Of a DNA stretch of 60,731 nt, positions 60,033 through 60,731 are shown piece by piece. The position numbers and the translations under genes are program-made. The notes below the pieces were generated by a model that was given only the letters and a program-made list of their open reading frames with translations, searched no databases and had not been told where the DNA came from. The stretch spans positions 1-60,731 of the forward strand of contig JABGOP010000006.1 in the NCBI GenBank assembly GCA_018645365.1, written 5' to 3'. Positions within the stretch are counted from its first letter, which is position 1, and each line of letters starts with the position of its first letter. The DNA is from Candidatus Cloacimonadota bacterium. GTDB taxonomy: Bacteria > Cloacimonadota > Cloacimonadia > Cloacimonadales > TCS61.

Positions 60033-60731
60033 TTATTTTGATTCTGGAACTTTTCCTTTTACACCCTTAACAAACCACTGAATGCTAAGCTTTTCACCAT
60101 CATTGAGAGCTTCGCCTTCTTTTACTTTGAGTTTGCCATTATTGTCGTAAAGTGGTCCATTGAAAATATAGTCATCAGCGATAATATTTTCTTTTACAAT
60201 AGCTAATTCGTCGATAAGGGTTTGTGGAACGATTTCATGAAATTTGGAAAGTGCAGTGATGCCACTATCTAATCCCCACCAAACAGGAGTACTTTCCCAC
60301 TTGCCATCTTTAATTTTTTGAGCGATATCTTTGTAATAAACGCCCCAATTCCAAATTGCACTTGTAAGTTGTGCATTCGGTGCCATAAAGGACATATCAC
60401 TATCGTTGCCGATTGAATAAACTCCAGCCAATTCTGCTGCTTCTTGTGGTCCAGCTGAGTCTGTACCTTGAGTAATGAGGTCGCAACCTGCTGCAATCAT
60501 TGTGCTTGCAGCTTCTTTTTCTAAGACAGGATCGAACCAAGAATTTGTCCAGATAACCATCACCGTTGCATCTGGATTCACGCTTTGTGCACCGAGTGTG
60601 AATGCATTGATGTGACGCACAATTTCTGGAATAGGAAATGGTGCTACATAACCAAGTTTTCCACTTTTAGACATTGTCCCAGCCACGATCCCAGCCATAT
60701 ATTTAGTTTGATACATTCTGCCAAAATAATT
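60033..60731 (-). CDS. BMP-family ABC transporter substrate-binding protein (purine nucleoside type; 5' truncated)
   Basis: Frame open to the window end (NYFGRMYQ...); PIPEIVR.INAF.LGA, WFDP, WNWG.YY, WFVKGV. Confidence 0.9.
   Translation of the reverse strand, partial: NYFGRMYQTKYMAGIVAGTMSKSGKLGYVAPFPIPEIVRHINAFTLGAQSVNPDATVMVIWTNSWFDPVLEKEAASTMIAAGCDLITQGTDSAGPQEAAELAGVYSIGNDSDMSFMAPNAQLTSAIWNWGVYYKDIAQKIKDGKWESTPVWWGLDSGITALSKFHEIVPQTLIDELAIVKENIIADDYIFNGPLYDNNGKLKVKEGEALNDGEKLSIQWFVKGVKGKVPESK

Overview
AT-rich, densely coding bacterial chromosome segment. The first protein ends in a 'GNYPNPF...KKMILLK' secretion-type tail, and with the gene content this suggests an anaerobic diderm, probably Ca. 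Cloacimonadota (inference). From left to right: (i) a 5'-truncated secreted beta-helix/dockerin/T9SS-type-CTD protein followed by three related tandem hairpins; (ii) a TPP-riboswitch-controlled thiSFGH operon; (iii) a Gly-Cys-Leu tRNA cluster; (iv) housekeeping genes (a PdxA-methyltransferase fusion, rnhB, psuG, rlpA, dapF, a radical SAM fusion, gltX-holB-glnS, queE, an orphan ferredoxin-EtfA, lepA, aroF, Omp85, ispG, hisC); (v) a two-gene outer-membrane islet preceded by a long, switch-like structured RNA leader; (vi) a HAD-phnDCE-HAD operon; (vii) a >21 kb minus-strand anaerobic purine-catabolism cluster running off the right edge (BMP/ABC nucleoside transporter, ssnA, ygfK, ygeY, ygeW, carbamate kinase, two three-subunit molybdenum hydroxylases). 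Within the window this cluster has no recognisable ygeX/dpaL or hyuA and instead carries two PLP fold-type-II enzymes. No CRISPR array, transposase, integrase or rRNA was seen. All calls come from motif recognition by eye; no searches were run.
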